Shown here: positions 1-10,190 of the stretch, piece after piece
Layout: every line of letters starts with the position of its first letter
Numbering within the stretch: the stretch's first letter is position 1
IMG/VR virus record: IMGVR_UViG_3300011008_000007
DNA: 64,000 bases
Direction: 5' to 3' (one strand)
Origin: a virus
Taxonomy: Duplodnaviria > Heunggongvirae > Uroviricota > Caudoviricetes
Position numbers and translations under genes: made by a program
The notes under the pieces: model-generated
Database searches by the model: none
Told to the model about the DNA's origin: nothing
Seen by the model: the letters and a program-made list of their open reading frames with translations, nothing else

Positions 1-211
1 CATATGAGTAAATATAAACGCCCCAAGGCATACCCAACTTTTCAGCTTTTTTAACATTGGCTGCAAACTGACTATCATCCTGAGAAGCAATATTATCGCC
101 GCTACCGCATTTAATCATTACCCAACTATATCCAGCTTGTTTGACTTTGCTGAGGTCGATATTGCCGTTTGCATATGAAATATCTACGCCTTTGGTTCTA
201 ACAATGCTCAT
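1..211 (-). CDS. Endolysin, GH25 muramidase (5' part only; runs off the window)
   Basis: Not in the ORF track. Manual translation gives MSIVRTKGVDISYANGNIDLSKVKQAGYSWVMIKCGSG...LGMPWGVYIYSY, with the GH25 GVDIS and G.Y.Y motifs. RBS AAAGGAGG upstream. Confidence 0.85.
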   Translation of the reverse strand, partial: MSIVRTKGVDISYANGNIDLSKVKQAGYSWVMIKCGSGDNIASQDDSQFAANVKKAEKLGMPWGVYIYSY

Positions 212-230
212 AATTAAGCCTCCTTTTTGT

Positions 231-265
231 GAAAAAGAGGCTATTGTAAAAAACAATAACCTCTT
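231..265 (-). terminator. Intrinsic terminator-like hairpin
   Basis: AAGAGG/CCTCTT plus TATTGT/ACAATA stem, followed by a U-run on the minus strand. Confidence 0.55.
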
Positions 266-281
266 AGTTGATAATTTTAAT

Positions 282-800
282 TTATTTAATATTTACTGGT
301 TTGTTTAAATTTCTTGATTCGGTGCAGAAATAGATTCCATCGTGTTCGCCAAAAATATCTTTGGCGAGTTCTTGATATAGTGTTGAACGGTTGCCGTGCG
401 GGTCTCCCAAAGAATCGTCGTGGTATTGAACAACTTCTTTTTCAAAAACAATATAGTTAAAATCATTTGTAGAGCCGATAGCTTCTTGACCGACTGTAAT
501 TATATCTGTTACAACGGGGTTTCCACTAAATGCTCTTCGGAATAAATCAACTTTAGACATTTTTAATTTGTTGTCTGGAATAATATCAATGTGCAAAGTA
601 ATATTGCCAAATGATTTTTCAGCAGGAATAAGTTGTGACAATGCATCATATTTATCCTGCCCGCACACATATATTTTTAAAGTGTAAGGGTCAACATTTC
701 CTTTATAAACAACAGTAACATCGGAGTCTTTTTTAAACATCGACTCTATTTCTCTGTAATAATTCACCCAAGGTGAAACAACTTTTATCTCATTTTTCAT
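282..800 (-). CDS. Hypothetical phage protein
   Basis: ORF track 282..854. Probable start ATG at 800 (MKNEIKVVSPW), just after the upstream gene. Confidence 0.6.
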   Translation of the reverse strand: MKNEIKVVSPWVNYYREIESMFKKDSDVTVVYKGNVDPYTLKIYVCGQDKYDALSQLIPAEKSFGNITLHIDIIPDNKLKMSKVDLFRRAFSGNPVVTDIITVGQEAIGSTNDFNYIVFEKEVVQYHDDSLGDPHGNRSTLYQELAKDIFGEHDGIYFCTESRNLNKPVNIK

Positions 801-816
801 TAATAAAACACTCCTT

Positions 817-1245
817 TTATTTAAAAATCCTATAATGAGGTTTTTCTTCATCAAAAAACCAATATCGAAGCCAATCGTCTAAAACAATTGCCGCCAAAGA
901 TAAGAAGAACCATAAAACAGAATATAATAAAGAAACTTGCCCGAAAATATTCAATGGCAAGTTGCTATAATCCCATACGTTTAATTTGAAGACAATATTA
1001 ATAAATACACCAGAAATAAATTCAATACCAGTAATACCCATAGCACAAATTAACATCTGTTTCCATAGTGGCATTTCCCAATCAAACCATTCGTTGATTC
1101 CACCACAAAATACAAAGCATAAGCCGCCCACAATGAACATAGTCCAATGTGTGCGACCTCTCCACGACATTTCTATTCCACAATAAATTAGTCCACCCAA
1201 CACAAATAGAATTAGAAGTTTAAGAATTAATCTAATCGTCTTCAT
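817..1245 (-). CDS. Multi-pass membrane protein (putative ABC-transporter type IV / CmpB-like family)
   Basis: About four hydrophobic segments; motifs GG.IY..IE..WRGRTHWTM and WDYS.LPLN..GQ. Confidence 0.65.
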   Translation of the reverse strand: MKTIRLILKLLILFVLGGLIYCGIEMSWRGRTHWTMFIVGGLCFVFCGGINEWFDWEMPLWKQMLICAMGITGIEFISGVFINIVFKLNVWDYSNLPLNIFGQVSLLYSVLWFFLSLAAIVLDDWLRYWFFDEEKPHYRIFK

Positions 1246-1990
1246 TTCCGAGCAATTCCTTTAATACATCGGATTGATATTCAACCGGTATCTCTGCACC
1301 ATATTCAATTGCTCCGATTTCCTCAATACTATCCAATGCTAAGATATAAGATTTTAAGCTATTGTAATAGGTGGTATGGTATGTAATTAATTCTTTTGCC
1401 TTACTAACAATTATTACTATATCTTCTGCGGAATAGTATTTACATAACTCTCCGTCTGCGTGATAAGCAATAGTTGTTTCTCCTGCTTTAACCAATTCAA
1501 ACAAACTCGTTAGATTTAACTGGTCTTGTACTGTCAACGAAAAATGATGCACATTTTCGTCCGATAGTTCGACATCTATTCCATTGACAATAGTTTGTTC
1601 GCAAACGTCAGACATTTTCTTAACTTTTTGGTTCTTAACCATTTCTAATGTGTTGTCATAAATTATTTCTTCGTCAGTTGGTTCAGGGTCTTCCTCTGGT
1701 TCTTCGGGTTCATCATAAATAATTTCCTCATTAAGCCCAAGAGCCTCTTTCAATATCTCATATTCCTCTTCATCTATTTCTACCAATTTGACTGTTTTGA
1801 AGTCTGGGGTTGGAAATTCGGTCATTCCGTCAATATGATAAAAGGTTTCCTGTGTTGAAGATTGTATTCCGCATGGAGAATCATTTGCTCCACAAATTAA
1901 ATAAATCTTATTCAATGGCTGATATAAAATATAAATCAAGCCATCTAACACATCAATAACATTCTTATCATAGATTACTTTGTAGAACAC
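1232..1990 (-). CDS. DUF4376-like tail-fibre-associated protein
   Basis: C-terminal HFSLT..DQLNL...YHADGELCKYYS...YHTTYYNSLK pattern; lies downstream of the receptor-binding gene. Confidence 0.55.
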   Translation of the reverse strand: MFYKVIYDKNVIDVLDGLIYILYQPLNKIYLICGANDSPCGIQSSTQETFYHIDGMTEFPTPDFKTVKLVEIDEEEYEILKEALGLNEEIIYDEPEEPEEDPEPTDEEIIYDNTLEMVKNQKVKKMSDVCEQTIVNGIDVELSDENVHHFSLTVQDQLNLTSLFELVKAGETTIAYHADGELCKYYSAEDIVIIVSKAKELITYHTTYYNSLKSYILALDSIEEIGAIEYGAEIPVEYQSDVLKELLGNEDD

Positions 1991-3141
1991 TTATTGTTAC
2001 CTTCCTTTCCTTTATTCTTTTTATTTTTAGACTTTTTCGATTTTTTAGGATAGCGCGGCACATAGCCAAACAATTCTTTATATAAGCTGTCCATATTTTG
2101 AACAGAATTATAGGAATTAAATCTAAGTGCAAATCCACGCCAAGACTTATATGAGTTCTCAATATGACTTAATGGCATTTTCCCATCTTCATACTTTTTC
2201 TTAAACTTTTTTAGTTTACGTCTTTCTCGTGTTATAGATTGCTTAGATAATCTGACCAAAATACTCCCATTTGGATTTAAAACTATTTTCTTTTTCAAAA
2301 ATGTAAATCCTTTGTCTATCCTAACAATATGTGTTTTGTTTTCGTTTAAAGTCAAACCAATTTTTGCTGATTCAATTTTGATTAATTCCAAAATTTCTTT
2401 TAGTTTTTCTTTATCATTATGGATAATAATTCCGTCATCCATATAACGAATGTAATACTTAAATCTATACTTGTCTTTAATCATATGGTCTACTGGATTG
2501 CCCATTAATAAAGCGAAGATTTGTGATAATTGACTGCCTAAGCCAATACCAACATAATCTCCGCTTTCGTTTTTTACATCTGCATAAATTTGCAAACTTT
2601 GTTTAATAAAATCTAAAATTCGAGTATCTTTAACGTATTTACTCATTAATTCTATTGCAATTCTGTGATTGATACTTCCAAAATAATTTTTATAATCAAA
2701 AATTAGGGCATATCCAACATTACCGTTTTTTCTATAATATTTTTGTAACATTGCTTTTAATCTATTTAAAGTAAAGTCTAATCCCTTACCTTTTAAAGAA
2801 GCTCCGTTATCATATATTAAAAGTGGTTCGATAATTTCAAGTATATAGTTATCACATAATGCTTTTTGAGGCACTCTTTCTTTTATGTTCATACTTTTTA
2901 TATGGCGGGCTTTGCCACGTTCATATAAATCAAATTCTAATTTACTTTTATATTGAAATGTACCATTAAACAATTCTTGTTGAGTATTATATGTATTAAC
3001 AAGTATTTTTGCGGCATAACTTTGAACGCTGGTTTTCCACCTAACGCCCCTTTGACAATCAATTCCTGCATTTAATAGATTACTAAAAGTGAATACCTCT
3101 TCAAACGTTTTGTTGTTTTCTTTCATATAAAATGCACGCAC
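1975..3141 (-). CDS. DGR reverse transcriptase
   Basis: RT motifs IGLGSQLSQ (DGR-type GxxxSQ) and YIRYMDDGII; adjacent to TR and avd. Start may be ATG at 3126. Confidence 0.95.
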   Translation of the reverse strand: MRAFYMKENNKTFEEVFTFSNLLNAGIDCQRGVRWKTSVQSYAAKILVNTYNTQQELFNGTFQYKSKLEFDLYERGKARHIKSMNIKERVPQKALCDNYILEIIEPLLIYDNGASLKGKGLDFTLNRLKAMLQKYYRKNGNVGYALIFDYKNYFGSINHRIAIELMSKYVKDTRILDFIKQSLQIYADVKNESGDYVGIGLGSQLSQIFALLMGNPVDHMIKDKYRFKYYIRYMDDGIIIHNDKEKLKEILELIKIESAKIGLTLNENKTHIVRIDKGFTFLKKKIVLNPNGSILVRLSKQSITRERRKLKKFKKKYEDGKMPLSHIENSYKSWRGFALRFNSYNSVQNMDSLYKELFGYVPRYPKKSKKSKNKKNKGKEGNNKCSTK

Positions 3142-3316
3142 TCCTTTTCTCCAATACCAAGTACAAGCCTTGATTGGAAGTAAATGCTAATTTATCTCAA
3201 TTTACTTCGAGAAAGGTTTTATACTCCTTCTGTAATTAAATAAATTACTTCTTCATCAAAAGACAATGTGCTGCCTTAGACTACTTGGAAGGCGAGCGCC
3301 TAAATTGTTTAAAATT

Positions 3317-3447
3317 ACAGAATCCGAGCGCCAGCGAATTACCGTTGTTGGCGTTGTTGTTGTTGCTGTTGCCGTTCGTATTGACATTGTAATAGTTGTT
3401 GGTGTTCCCCGTATTGGGTGAACGCAACCACCAGTTGACTGCGGAAC
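3317..3447 (-). ncRNA. DGR template repeat (TR), 131 nt
   Basis: Identical to 4051..4181 except at 12 positions, all A in the TR on the minus strand; 16 AAY codons in the target frame. Confidence 0.97.
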
Positions 3448-3496
3448 AACGAACAAGTTTTTAGCATAAAACCTATATATTATGAAGACCAAGGCA

Positions 3497-3913
3497 TCAT
3501 ATAATACCTTGGTCTTTCATTCTCCTGTTATCGCTCTTTTTGATACTATTAATTTGCTTCCCGATACCAACCGATAATCCAATCCATTTTTGGTGTTGAT
3601 TATCACTAATCTTATTGATGTTAGATTGATAATTTACAGTCAAGCGTCTATGAAAATCTTTTATATTATCAAGTACCAAATTGAAGAAATCGGTTCTTTT
3701 ATTATAGTTTTCTTCCGAAATTAATCTTGTTTGATTAGCCCTCCAAGAATAATATTGAATATTATAAACATCCTCTATTATTGGCTCAACAACAAGTTCA
3801 TAAGACCTTTTGCTTTGATGTTTTGACCAAGCAATAAGTTCCTTAGTCAAAATCCGTGAATCTTCGATAAACTGTATCGGCGACTTAGACCGGTCAAATA
3901 AAGGCACGGACAT
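3497..3913 (-). CDS. avd: DGR accessory variability determinant (Avd-like)
   Basis: Small basic helical protein between target and TR. Probable start MSVPLFDRSKS at 3913 after RBS AAGGTGAG. Confidence 0.8.
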   Translation of the reverse strand: MSVPLFDRSKSPIQFIEDSRILTKELIAWSKHQSKRSYELVVEPIIEDVYNIQYYSWRANQTRLISEENYNKRTDFFNLVLDNIKDFHRRLTVNYQSNINKISDNQHQKWIGLSVGIGKQINSIKKSDNRRMKDQGII

Positions 3914-3957
3914 ATCACTCACCTTCTTTCTGCACAATAAAATGTTTGTTTAATATG

Positions 3958-3983
3958 AAAAAGGGGAAACACGAAGTTTCCCC
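3958..3983 (-). terminator. Hairpin downstream of VR (terminator and/or DGR target-recognition hairpin)
   Basis: GGGGAAAC-TTCGT-GTTTCCCC followed by TTTTT on the minus strand, about 60 nt after the target stop codon. Confidence 0.7.
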
Positions 3984-4041
3984 AATTCGGTTTAATTCTT
4001 TCTAAATTGCTTCTGTTAAGATTTGTGTATTTCATATAGTA

Positions 4042-7000
4042 TCACCCCATACAGAAGCCGAGCGCCAGCGAATTACCGCCGTAGGCGATGTTGTAGCCGC
4101 TGGTGCCGTACGTACTGACATAGTAATAGTTGTTGGTGTTCCCCGTATTGGGTGAACGCAACCACCAGTTGACTGCGGAACCCGTACCCGTCAAGTTGAA
4201 TTGCTTTTTAATTCTTGCGCTCTGTGAAGAGTAGACGGGTAGGGCATTAGTTTCCGCATAATCAGAAACTTCATCAACGAAAGGCGAAGTCGCTCCGAAA
4301 CCAACATCAGTATAACCAAATAAGAACATATTACAAACCAAAGTAGTAATAGTTGTTGGAGCGTTTTGTCCGCCATTTGAGCAGATTTTTACCGGCGTAA
4401 TCATTGACCTCAACATATCGGGCATAGTCGGCTCAATTGAATTTTTGATATATCCTGGCATTTGTGATTGGGCATAACCACCAACATTGGTGTTACCACT
4501 ATGTATTGCACGTCCTGCATTATATACATCCACACAGCCAAATACAACGTGAGCCATATACTGTTGCCTAAACTTGGCAACACGATATTCTTCTGTATCG
4601 TGCGTATATGTTGTGCCTCCGATGTTTTCCGCGCCATTGGGTAACTCTAAATCTGTTGCAGCTTTCGCCCAAGCTCGCTTTGTTTCAGAAATATCACGAG
4701 TTGCCGCAATCGGACTATTTTCTTTCTCAAAGTGGTTAAAGCCTTGAACAGAATAAATAATAGCCTTATCGGTGATAGTTCCGGCATCTTTCAATGAAAT
4801 ACGAATTTTATCGCCATAATCAAGGTATTCTTTGTACTGTTCTGACATACAAATAGCATACAATCCCTCTAAGGTATATGCACTTGTAAAGTTCTCGGTA
4901 TCATTAGTCCATAGATAATCGTATTGTGATTTATCTGCAACTTTCGCAGGAAGTCCACATTGAGAGAAGCGTGCCTCTAACTTAATTACTCCAGTTGATA
5001 CAAATGGAGTTGCCAAAGTTTCGGTAATCTCAAATGTTTCTCTTAACTCATAGTATGAGCTTCCGCACTTCCAATCTCTAAAGATAGGGAATGAGGCATC
5101 CGATAAAGCAGCAACAGTAGGTGTGCTTGTTCCAGCCCATTGAGTTGTATCGCCATATTCAGCAGTAGTCGAATAATTTTCGTGTTCAACGTCGTCGTTA
5201 TCAATAACAACAAACTTGATTGTATATTCTCTTGCAGTTTCAGTATAGGTTGCTGTGAAAGTTTTGTCTTCCCAAACGGCACCCGCAATAGAATTATCCC
5301 AATCGTCAAATGTAAAATCTGATGTTAAATTGCTCGGTTTTGTAGGGGTTTCAAATAATCCTTGTGTAAACGGGTCTGTAATAGTATAACCCTCTTGAAC
5401 ATAGTCCGTGCCTAATAATGTTCCGTCATAGTTTTGATAGGTGATTTCATATTCTGTAATAAGTCTCTTGTATGTAATAGTTAATCCTGCTCCAAAGACG
5501 TTGTTCAGCCTTGTTAATGCTCTTTGTGTAATAGAATTAACCGTAACCGTTCCCTCAATGACGGGGTTATTGATGTTCTGTCCTAAACTATTATAACCTT
5601 TCCATTTATCTGCAATATCTAACAATAACTGTGCGTTAGTTAGTGTCCAATCCACTCCTATCATACGGATTCGACGAGTAGCTGAACCGCTTGCGTTAGT
5701 TGCATTTGTTAAATATGGAACCAGTGCATTACAGAAAGTGCTGTTGCAGTTCTCTACACGAACATCTGTTAGATTGCTTCCACTTTCCATTGTAAATGTT
5801 TCAACATCATTGAGGTTAAATGCGTTAATACCCGTGGCAGAATTAAGGTGAATGGTTTCAAGAGGCGCGTATGCTGGCAAGGTGATAACTCCAGCATTTG
5901 TACCTCTGGTATCAAGAGATTCAAGTTCCGCATTAACCGATAGGTCAAGGTTTTGCGAGAAATTAGTTAAATTACGAATAGAGAGTGTTTTTAATACTTC
6001 GGATGGAACGTCAAATTTTGAATTTGCGTTCCAAGCTGTGTTTATATTTTCACCATCTCCAAGTTCTACACTACTAAGTTTGTATGCGCCCGTTGCAGTA
6101 AATGTAGTAGCACTTGTTGTGGCAAGTGGAGCAACATATTCTATTAAACTTTCGGGAGTAAAATAAATAGTTGCATTTGAGTGTACTGTTGTATTTCCAA
6201 ATACCGCCGTGCCGCCCTTTGCAATTTTACGGGTGACTTTTGTACCATTATCAACGATAAGGGTTACATAGGTTTTAGCATATGCTTTAACAGTCAAATC
6301 TTCTGTTGTTCCAACCGTTGCATTTGCTCTCAAAGTAATTGCAGAGCCAGGAATACGATAACCATACTTACCATCCATATATTTTGATTGATAAGTTAAA
6401 AATTGTTTTCTTGGATATGTTTTTGAACCCTGTAAACTATCAAGATATGAAGAATCATATCCTTTTGGTTCTGTATCATTTCCGACAATAACTCCCGTTG
6501 TTTTATATGGGAGAATATATTTATTATAAGCGTCCGCAGCCATAGCGGCGTGAGGTCTTTTTGCTTGGTAATTATCCCATTTATTGATAATTGAATTGGC
6601 ATTAAATGCACCTCTTCCGCGCAAAGTGATATACAAATCGCTTAATTCGCTTGCGAATGCCTGTTGAATATTTACCCAAATGGTATTGCTTTCTGCATTA
6701 AATGGCGAACGTCCAGATACGATTTCGCCAAAATCAACGCCGTAATCAACAAGCGGTTTACCATCATTATCACAACCAAGAATGGTATCGTCATCATAGT
6801 TTTTACAGATGTTCCATAGATATTTGTTGGCTGTTGAATCGTACTCATATGAGTAGAATGTATTTTTAGATACATTGTCAAATGCGGCAAAGAACTCTAA
6901 ATATAAGAAATGGTATAACAAAGAAGTCAAAGCAAAATAATCTCCAACTTCATTTTTAAACTTTGCTAACCTGTATGCGGCTGAATCTGTAGTGTATTCT

Positions 7001-10000
7001 ACGCCGTCATAGGTAACATAGGGGTCAAGTTCTGCGTTTGTAGCCGCAGCCATATTAGTTGATACTACCCACGCAACTGTATCATCCCAAGCATCAATGA
7101 CTTCGCTATAATCCTCTTCTTTTGGCTCGGCGCGCCACTCGTAATCTTTTTTGACAGTAGGCGTACCATCAACAACGACAACCGACTGCCACTCGTCATC
7201 TGACGCATTATAAGTTGAAGTAGCTCTAAACTGTTGAGCCATTGTGTCGTTACCAGATACTTCAACGCAGCCCTTGGCGTAATGTTCGCCCTCTCCATCT
7301 TGTCCGAAGACTGCAAGGTTCTTTTTGCTGTTACAAATATCACCCATTGCATACAAAATCGTTGTATTGGACGGTACTTGTTGAGAGCCTGCCCAAACTG
7401 TATTTTCGCTTGTATTGGTAAAGAATACTGCACAAGGCTTACCCTCGATGGTATCTCTTACACCAGCGGTTGCTCTTGCGGGTACAAGATATGGCTGATA
7501 TGTGTTATACTCATCTGCGGCACATACGTTGTTTGCATTCTCTGAGGAAGCAACATTAACTTTAATGTTTAAATACGAAACGGGTATTGCATTTTCTGAT
7601 AATTTATAAGTTTCGCCTGTATTGGCAAAATCTATATCTAAGTTACCTGCCGAACGTATCTTATTTAGAGAAGAGGTACCCTGTAATCTATACCGAGTTC
7701 CACTACCCAAAGATAATGTGGTCGAACCGTCTTGGATAGTAACAGAGGCATTAATATAGTCTGATTTTTCTTTTCCTCCAGGGATTCGATTCGCCGCAAT
7801 AGTAACTATTGTCAAATCAGGACAAGCTGCGTGCAACAATGCCTTAGAAATTGATTCTCCCGAATAAACACTATTCACTTGACATCTTTGGATTTTTGCC
7901 AAAGTTGTAGGCGCAAGTGAAATATAGTTTTGTATCATATCTTTGAATGATAGGGAAGTATTATACACACGAATTGCATAAACCCATACGTCACAATGGT
8001 CTGAACCAATTACAAGAGAATTTTCATCCTGAACCAATGTGCCAGCAGTATATTGGTTTGTTAAAGCAGGAATACCATCAAGCCATACGGTCATTACACG
8101 TTGACTAACAACAGATTCAACATTTACAGATAGGTCGATTCTGTTATCTTCACAGTATCTAAATTTCTGACCAGCTACGTTGTTAAGCCTGAACTCACCC
8201 TCGTTAGCTCTAAGAACTAAACCCTTAGATTCGCCGTTGTTTAATTCCTGCATTGCAACAGCGTCATACAAATCACTATTCTTAATTTTGAATGATATAT
8301 CAATAGTTTTTCCGTTACCGTCTACGTCACCAAAGATTTGGCGCGGTAATGTCGCTCTATGTCCTTTCTTAACAACAAAAGCGGCGCCGTCAGCATCAGT
8401 ATGGAATCCACCATTAACCCAGTCGAAACCTGTGCTGAATGTTAGATTTCCGAAACTCGTTTTATCTGAGTCTGTATTGCTGTGACCTGTTGGGTCAATA
8501 ATATATCTAAGGTTATCGCCAGTAACCATACCAATGTTATAGTCACTTTGGGCGATAGTTAATGTCATAGTTGTTGAAACTGCTCCGCAAGTTAAAGTTA
8601 CGGTTTCTGTGCCATAACTCTGTGGAGAGTAAGGAATTGTCTGCATTGTGCGATTAGCACTCAGACTACGGGGAGTTGCGCTTCCAAACTGCATTGTGCA
8701 AGAAGCGGTTTCGTTTGAGGGGTCATATACGAAATAATTGATAACCGCAGTATCATACTGTGATACGCTCATTGTAGATTTAGCAAAAGCCACAACAGGC
8801 GTATTAACACCAATACCCCAAATAACCGTATAACTAATCGGGTCAGAAGTGTCGCTCAAATCCGAACTTGAAGCCATAATAGCAGTTATTTCATTTGCTC
8901 CAGCCGCAAATTTATCCGAGGTAAGCTCAAAGGTAATATCTCTGCTTCCCGTAACAGTTTTTGAGGCACTATAATTTCCAATAGATAATGTTACAACATT
9001 CTCTGAGTTAGCTTGTGCAGATACTTTAACTACGGCATAAACATTTTCACTCGTAGTTTGAAGCATAATTGGAGAAATTGCTTCGCCCCAAGAAAGTGAA
9101 AAAGCTGTTGAAGTAACATTCCATTGTCTGTTCAACTTTGCGCCGCCAACAGAGGTAATAACAGCCTTTACTTGGCTTGTGTCCGAGGGTTTTAGGTAAT
9201 CTTTAGCATTAAAGCTAAACGTTGAACCACTCGCTCTGTCGGGCTGGGTTTCAATAAGAGCATTGTCAACATACCACTTAACCGTAATATCTTCGTCGCT
9301 TGTTTCTGTGGCAACAAAACTAAATATTGCGTTAGCGCCGTTACGAACAGAAGTGGGCTTTACAACATCTGAGAGGTTAATGCCTGCGCCTCCGCCGCCT
9401 CCGCCGGTTCCAACGTAAAACGGGTCAAATCCATCAATATCTGTTCCGTTTAACGTGAGGTGCAATAAGCCATCTTCGTCAACTTTACCTCCATCAAATT
9501 TTAGTCCGCTTTTACTAATATTTATACAATCAGAAGCACTTTGTTTAATCCAGTAAGTCTGTTCATCATCAATTACACACACAAATACCTGTCCAACATT
9601 TAATGCAATGTATGCGGCAGAAGTTGTGTCGGGAGAAGAACTTGCGGCAGGTACTCTGATATTAGTGATAGAGTCGTCGGCAAGTTTCATAAATCCACTA
9701 TTTGCAACCTTATTATCAACCTCTGTTTTAGTATATGTCTGAGATTTTGAATACGAATCACCACCAACAGGTACATACTTTGTGCCGTTGAAACGATATT
9801 GCTGATAAATATCTTCTGCACTATTGTAAATGAAATATTTTAAATCTTCATCTCCATCAGCTACAGGGGGTAGTGAATTACCAATATAATCTCCTGCACC
9901 CATTGGGGTATATGTATAATTACCAGAAGTGCCTTGAATAATATATGCCTTATATCGTCCGCTTGTAGAGTCGAGTAATTTTACACCTTGTCCGGCTTTT

Positions 10001-10104
10001 GCATTGGGTGTAAATAAAAAGGCTTCCAACGCAGCCACCGTATCAAATATACGATTATCTTCGTGAGATGGTGAACTCGCATAAGCAGCTTTACCTATAA
10101 TCAT
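4042..10104 (-). CDS. Giant tail fibre / receptor-binding protein, DGR target with C-terminal C-type-lectin-like (DUF6273-like) domain
   Basis: 2020 aa; C-terminal WWLRS...GFC motif containing the VR; follows baseplate genes; RBS AAAGAGGTGG. Confidence 0.85.
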   Translation of the reverse strand: MIIGKAAYASSPSHEDNRIFDTVAALEAFLFTPNAKAGQGVKLLDSTSGRYKAYIIQGTSGNYTYTPMGAGDYIGNSLPPVADGDEDLKYFIYNSAEDIYQQYRFNGTKYVPVGGDSYSKSQTYTKTEVDNKVANSGFMKLADDSITNIRVPAASSSPDTTSAAYIALNVGQVFVCVIDDEQTYWIKQSASDCINISKSGLKFDGGKVDEDGLLHLTLNGTDIDGFDPFYVGTGGGGGGAGINLSDVVKPTSVRNGANAIFSFVATETSDEDITVKWYVDNALIETQPDRASGSTFSFNAKDYLKPSDTSQVKAVITSVGGAKLNRQWNVTSTAFSLSWGEAISPIMLQTTSENVYAVVKVSAQANSENVVTLSIGNYSASKTVTGSRDITFELTSDKFAAGANEITAIMASSSDLSDTSDPISYTVIWGIGVNTPVVAFAKSTMSVSQYDTAVINYFVYDPSNETASCTMQFGSATPRSLSANRTMQTIPYSPQSYGTETVTLTCGAVSTTMTLTIAQSDYNIGMVTGDNLRYIIDPTGHSNTDSDKTSFGNLTFSTGFDWVNGGFHTDADGAAFVVKKGHRATLPRQIFGDVDGNGKTIDISFKIKNSDLYDAVAMQELNNGESKGLVLRANEGEFRLNNVAGQKFRYCEDNRIDLSVNVESVVSQRVMTVWLDGIPALTNQYTAGTLVQDENSLVIGSDHCDVWVYAIRVYNTSLSFKDMIQNYISLAPTTLAKIQRCQVNSVYSGESISKALLHAACPDLTIVTIAANRIPGGKEKSDYINASVTIQDGSTTLSLGSGTRYRLQGTSSLNKIRSAGNLDIDFANTGETYKLSENAIPVSYLNIKVNVASSENANNVCAADEYNTYQPYLVPARATAGVRDTIEGKPCAVFFTNTSENTVWAGSQQVPSNTTILYAMGDICNSKKNLAVFGQDGEGEHYAKGCVEVSGNDTMAQQFRATSTYNASDDEWQSVVVVDGTPTVKKDYEWRAEPKEEDYSEVIDAWDDTVAWVVSTNMAAATNAELDPYVTYDGVEYTTDSAAYRLAKFKNEVGDYFALTSLLYHFLYLEFFAAFDNVSKNTFYSYEYDSTANKYLWNICKNYDDDTILGCDNDGKPLVDYGVDFGEIVSGRSPFNAESNTIWVNIQQAFASELSDLYITLRGRGAFNANSIINKWDNYQAKRPHAAMAADAYNKYILPYKTTGVIVGNDTEPKGYDSSYLDSLQGSKTYPRKQFLTYQSKYMDGKYGYRIPGSAITLRANATVGTTEDLTVKAYAKTYVTLIVDNGTKVTRKIAKGGTAVFGNTTVHSNATIYFTPESLIEYVAPLATTSATTFTATGAYKLSSVELGDGENINTAWNANSKFDVPSEVLKTLSIRNLTNFSQNLDLSVNAELESLDTRGTNAGVITLPAYAPLETIHLNSATGINAFNLNDVETFTMESGSNLTDVRVENCNSTFCNALVPYLTNATNASGSATRRIRMIGVDWTLTNAQLLLDIADKWKGYNSLGQNINNPVIEGTVTVNSITQRALTRLNNVFGAGLTITYKRLITEYEITYQNYDGTLLGTDYVQEGYTITDPFTQGLFETPTKPSNLTSDFTFDDWDNSIAGAVWEDKTFTATYTETAREYTIKFVVIDNDDVEHENYSTTAEYGDTTQWAGTSTPTVAALSDASFPIFRDWKCGSSYYELRETFEITETLATPFVSTGVIKLEARFSQCGLPAKVADKSQYDYLWTNDTENFTSAYTLEGLYAICMSEQYKEYLDYGDKIRISLKDAGTITDKAIIYSVQGFNHFEKENSPIAATRDISETKRAWAKAATDLELPNGAENIGGTTYTHDTEEYRVAKFRQQYMAHVVFGCVDVYNAGRAIHSGNTNVGGYAQSQMPGYIKNSIEPTMPDMLRSMITPVKICSNGGQNAPTTITTLVCNMFLFGYTDVGFGATSPFVDEVSDYAETNALPVYSSQSARIKKQFNLTGTGSAVNWWLRSPNTGNTNNYYYVSTYGTSGYNIAYGGNSLALGFCMG
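4051..4181 (-). repeat. DGR variable repeat (VR)
   Basis: Encodes SAVNWWLRSPNTGNTNNYYYVSTYGTSGYNIAYGGNSLALGFC; copy of the TR with A-to-N changes. Confidence 0.97.
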
Positions 10105-10160
10105 ATTTTTCCACCTCTTTCTTGAATAAAGTTTTCATAATTATTTTTTCTCCTTAAACT

Positions 10161-10185
10161 AAAAACCGTGCCTATTTAGGCACGG
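10161..10185 (-). terminator. Intrinsic terminator
   Basis: CCGTGCCT-4nt-AGGCACGG followed by TTTTT on the minus strand. Confidence 0.7.
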
Positions 10186-10190
10186 CGTTT

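Noticed and set aside
1975-3141. RT as group II intron, retron or Abi RT
   Set aside because: The adjacent TR/VR pair with adenine-only differences and avd identify a DGR; no maturase or group II domain V seen
3256-3492. 78-aa ORF over the TR
   Set aside because: Reads through the non-coding template repeat; no RBS; explained by the TR
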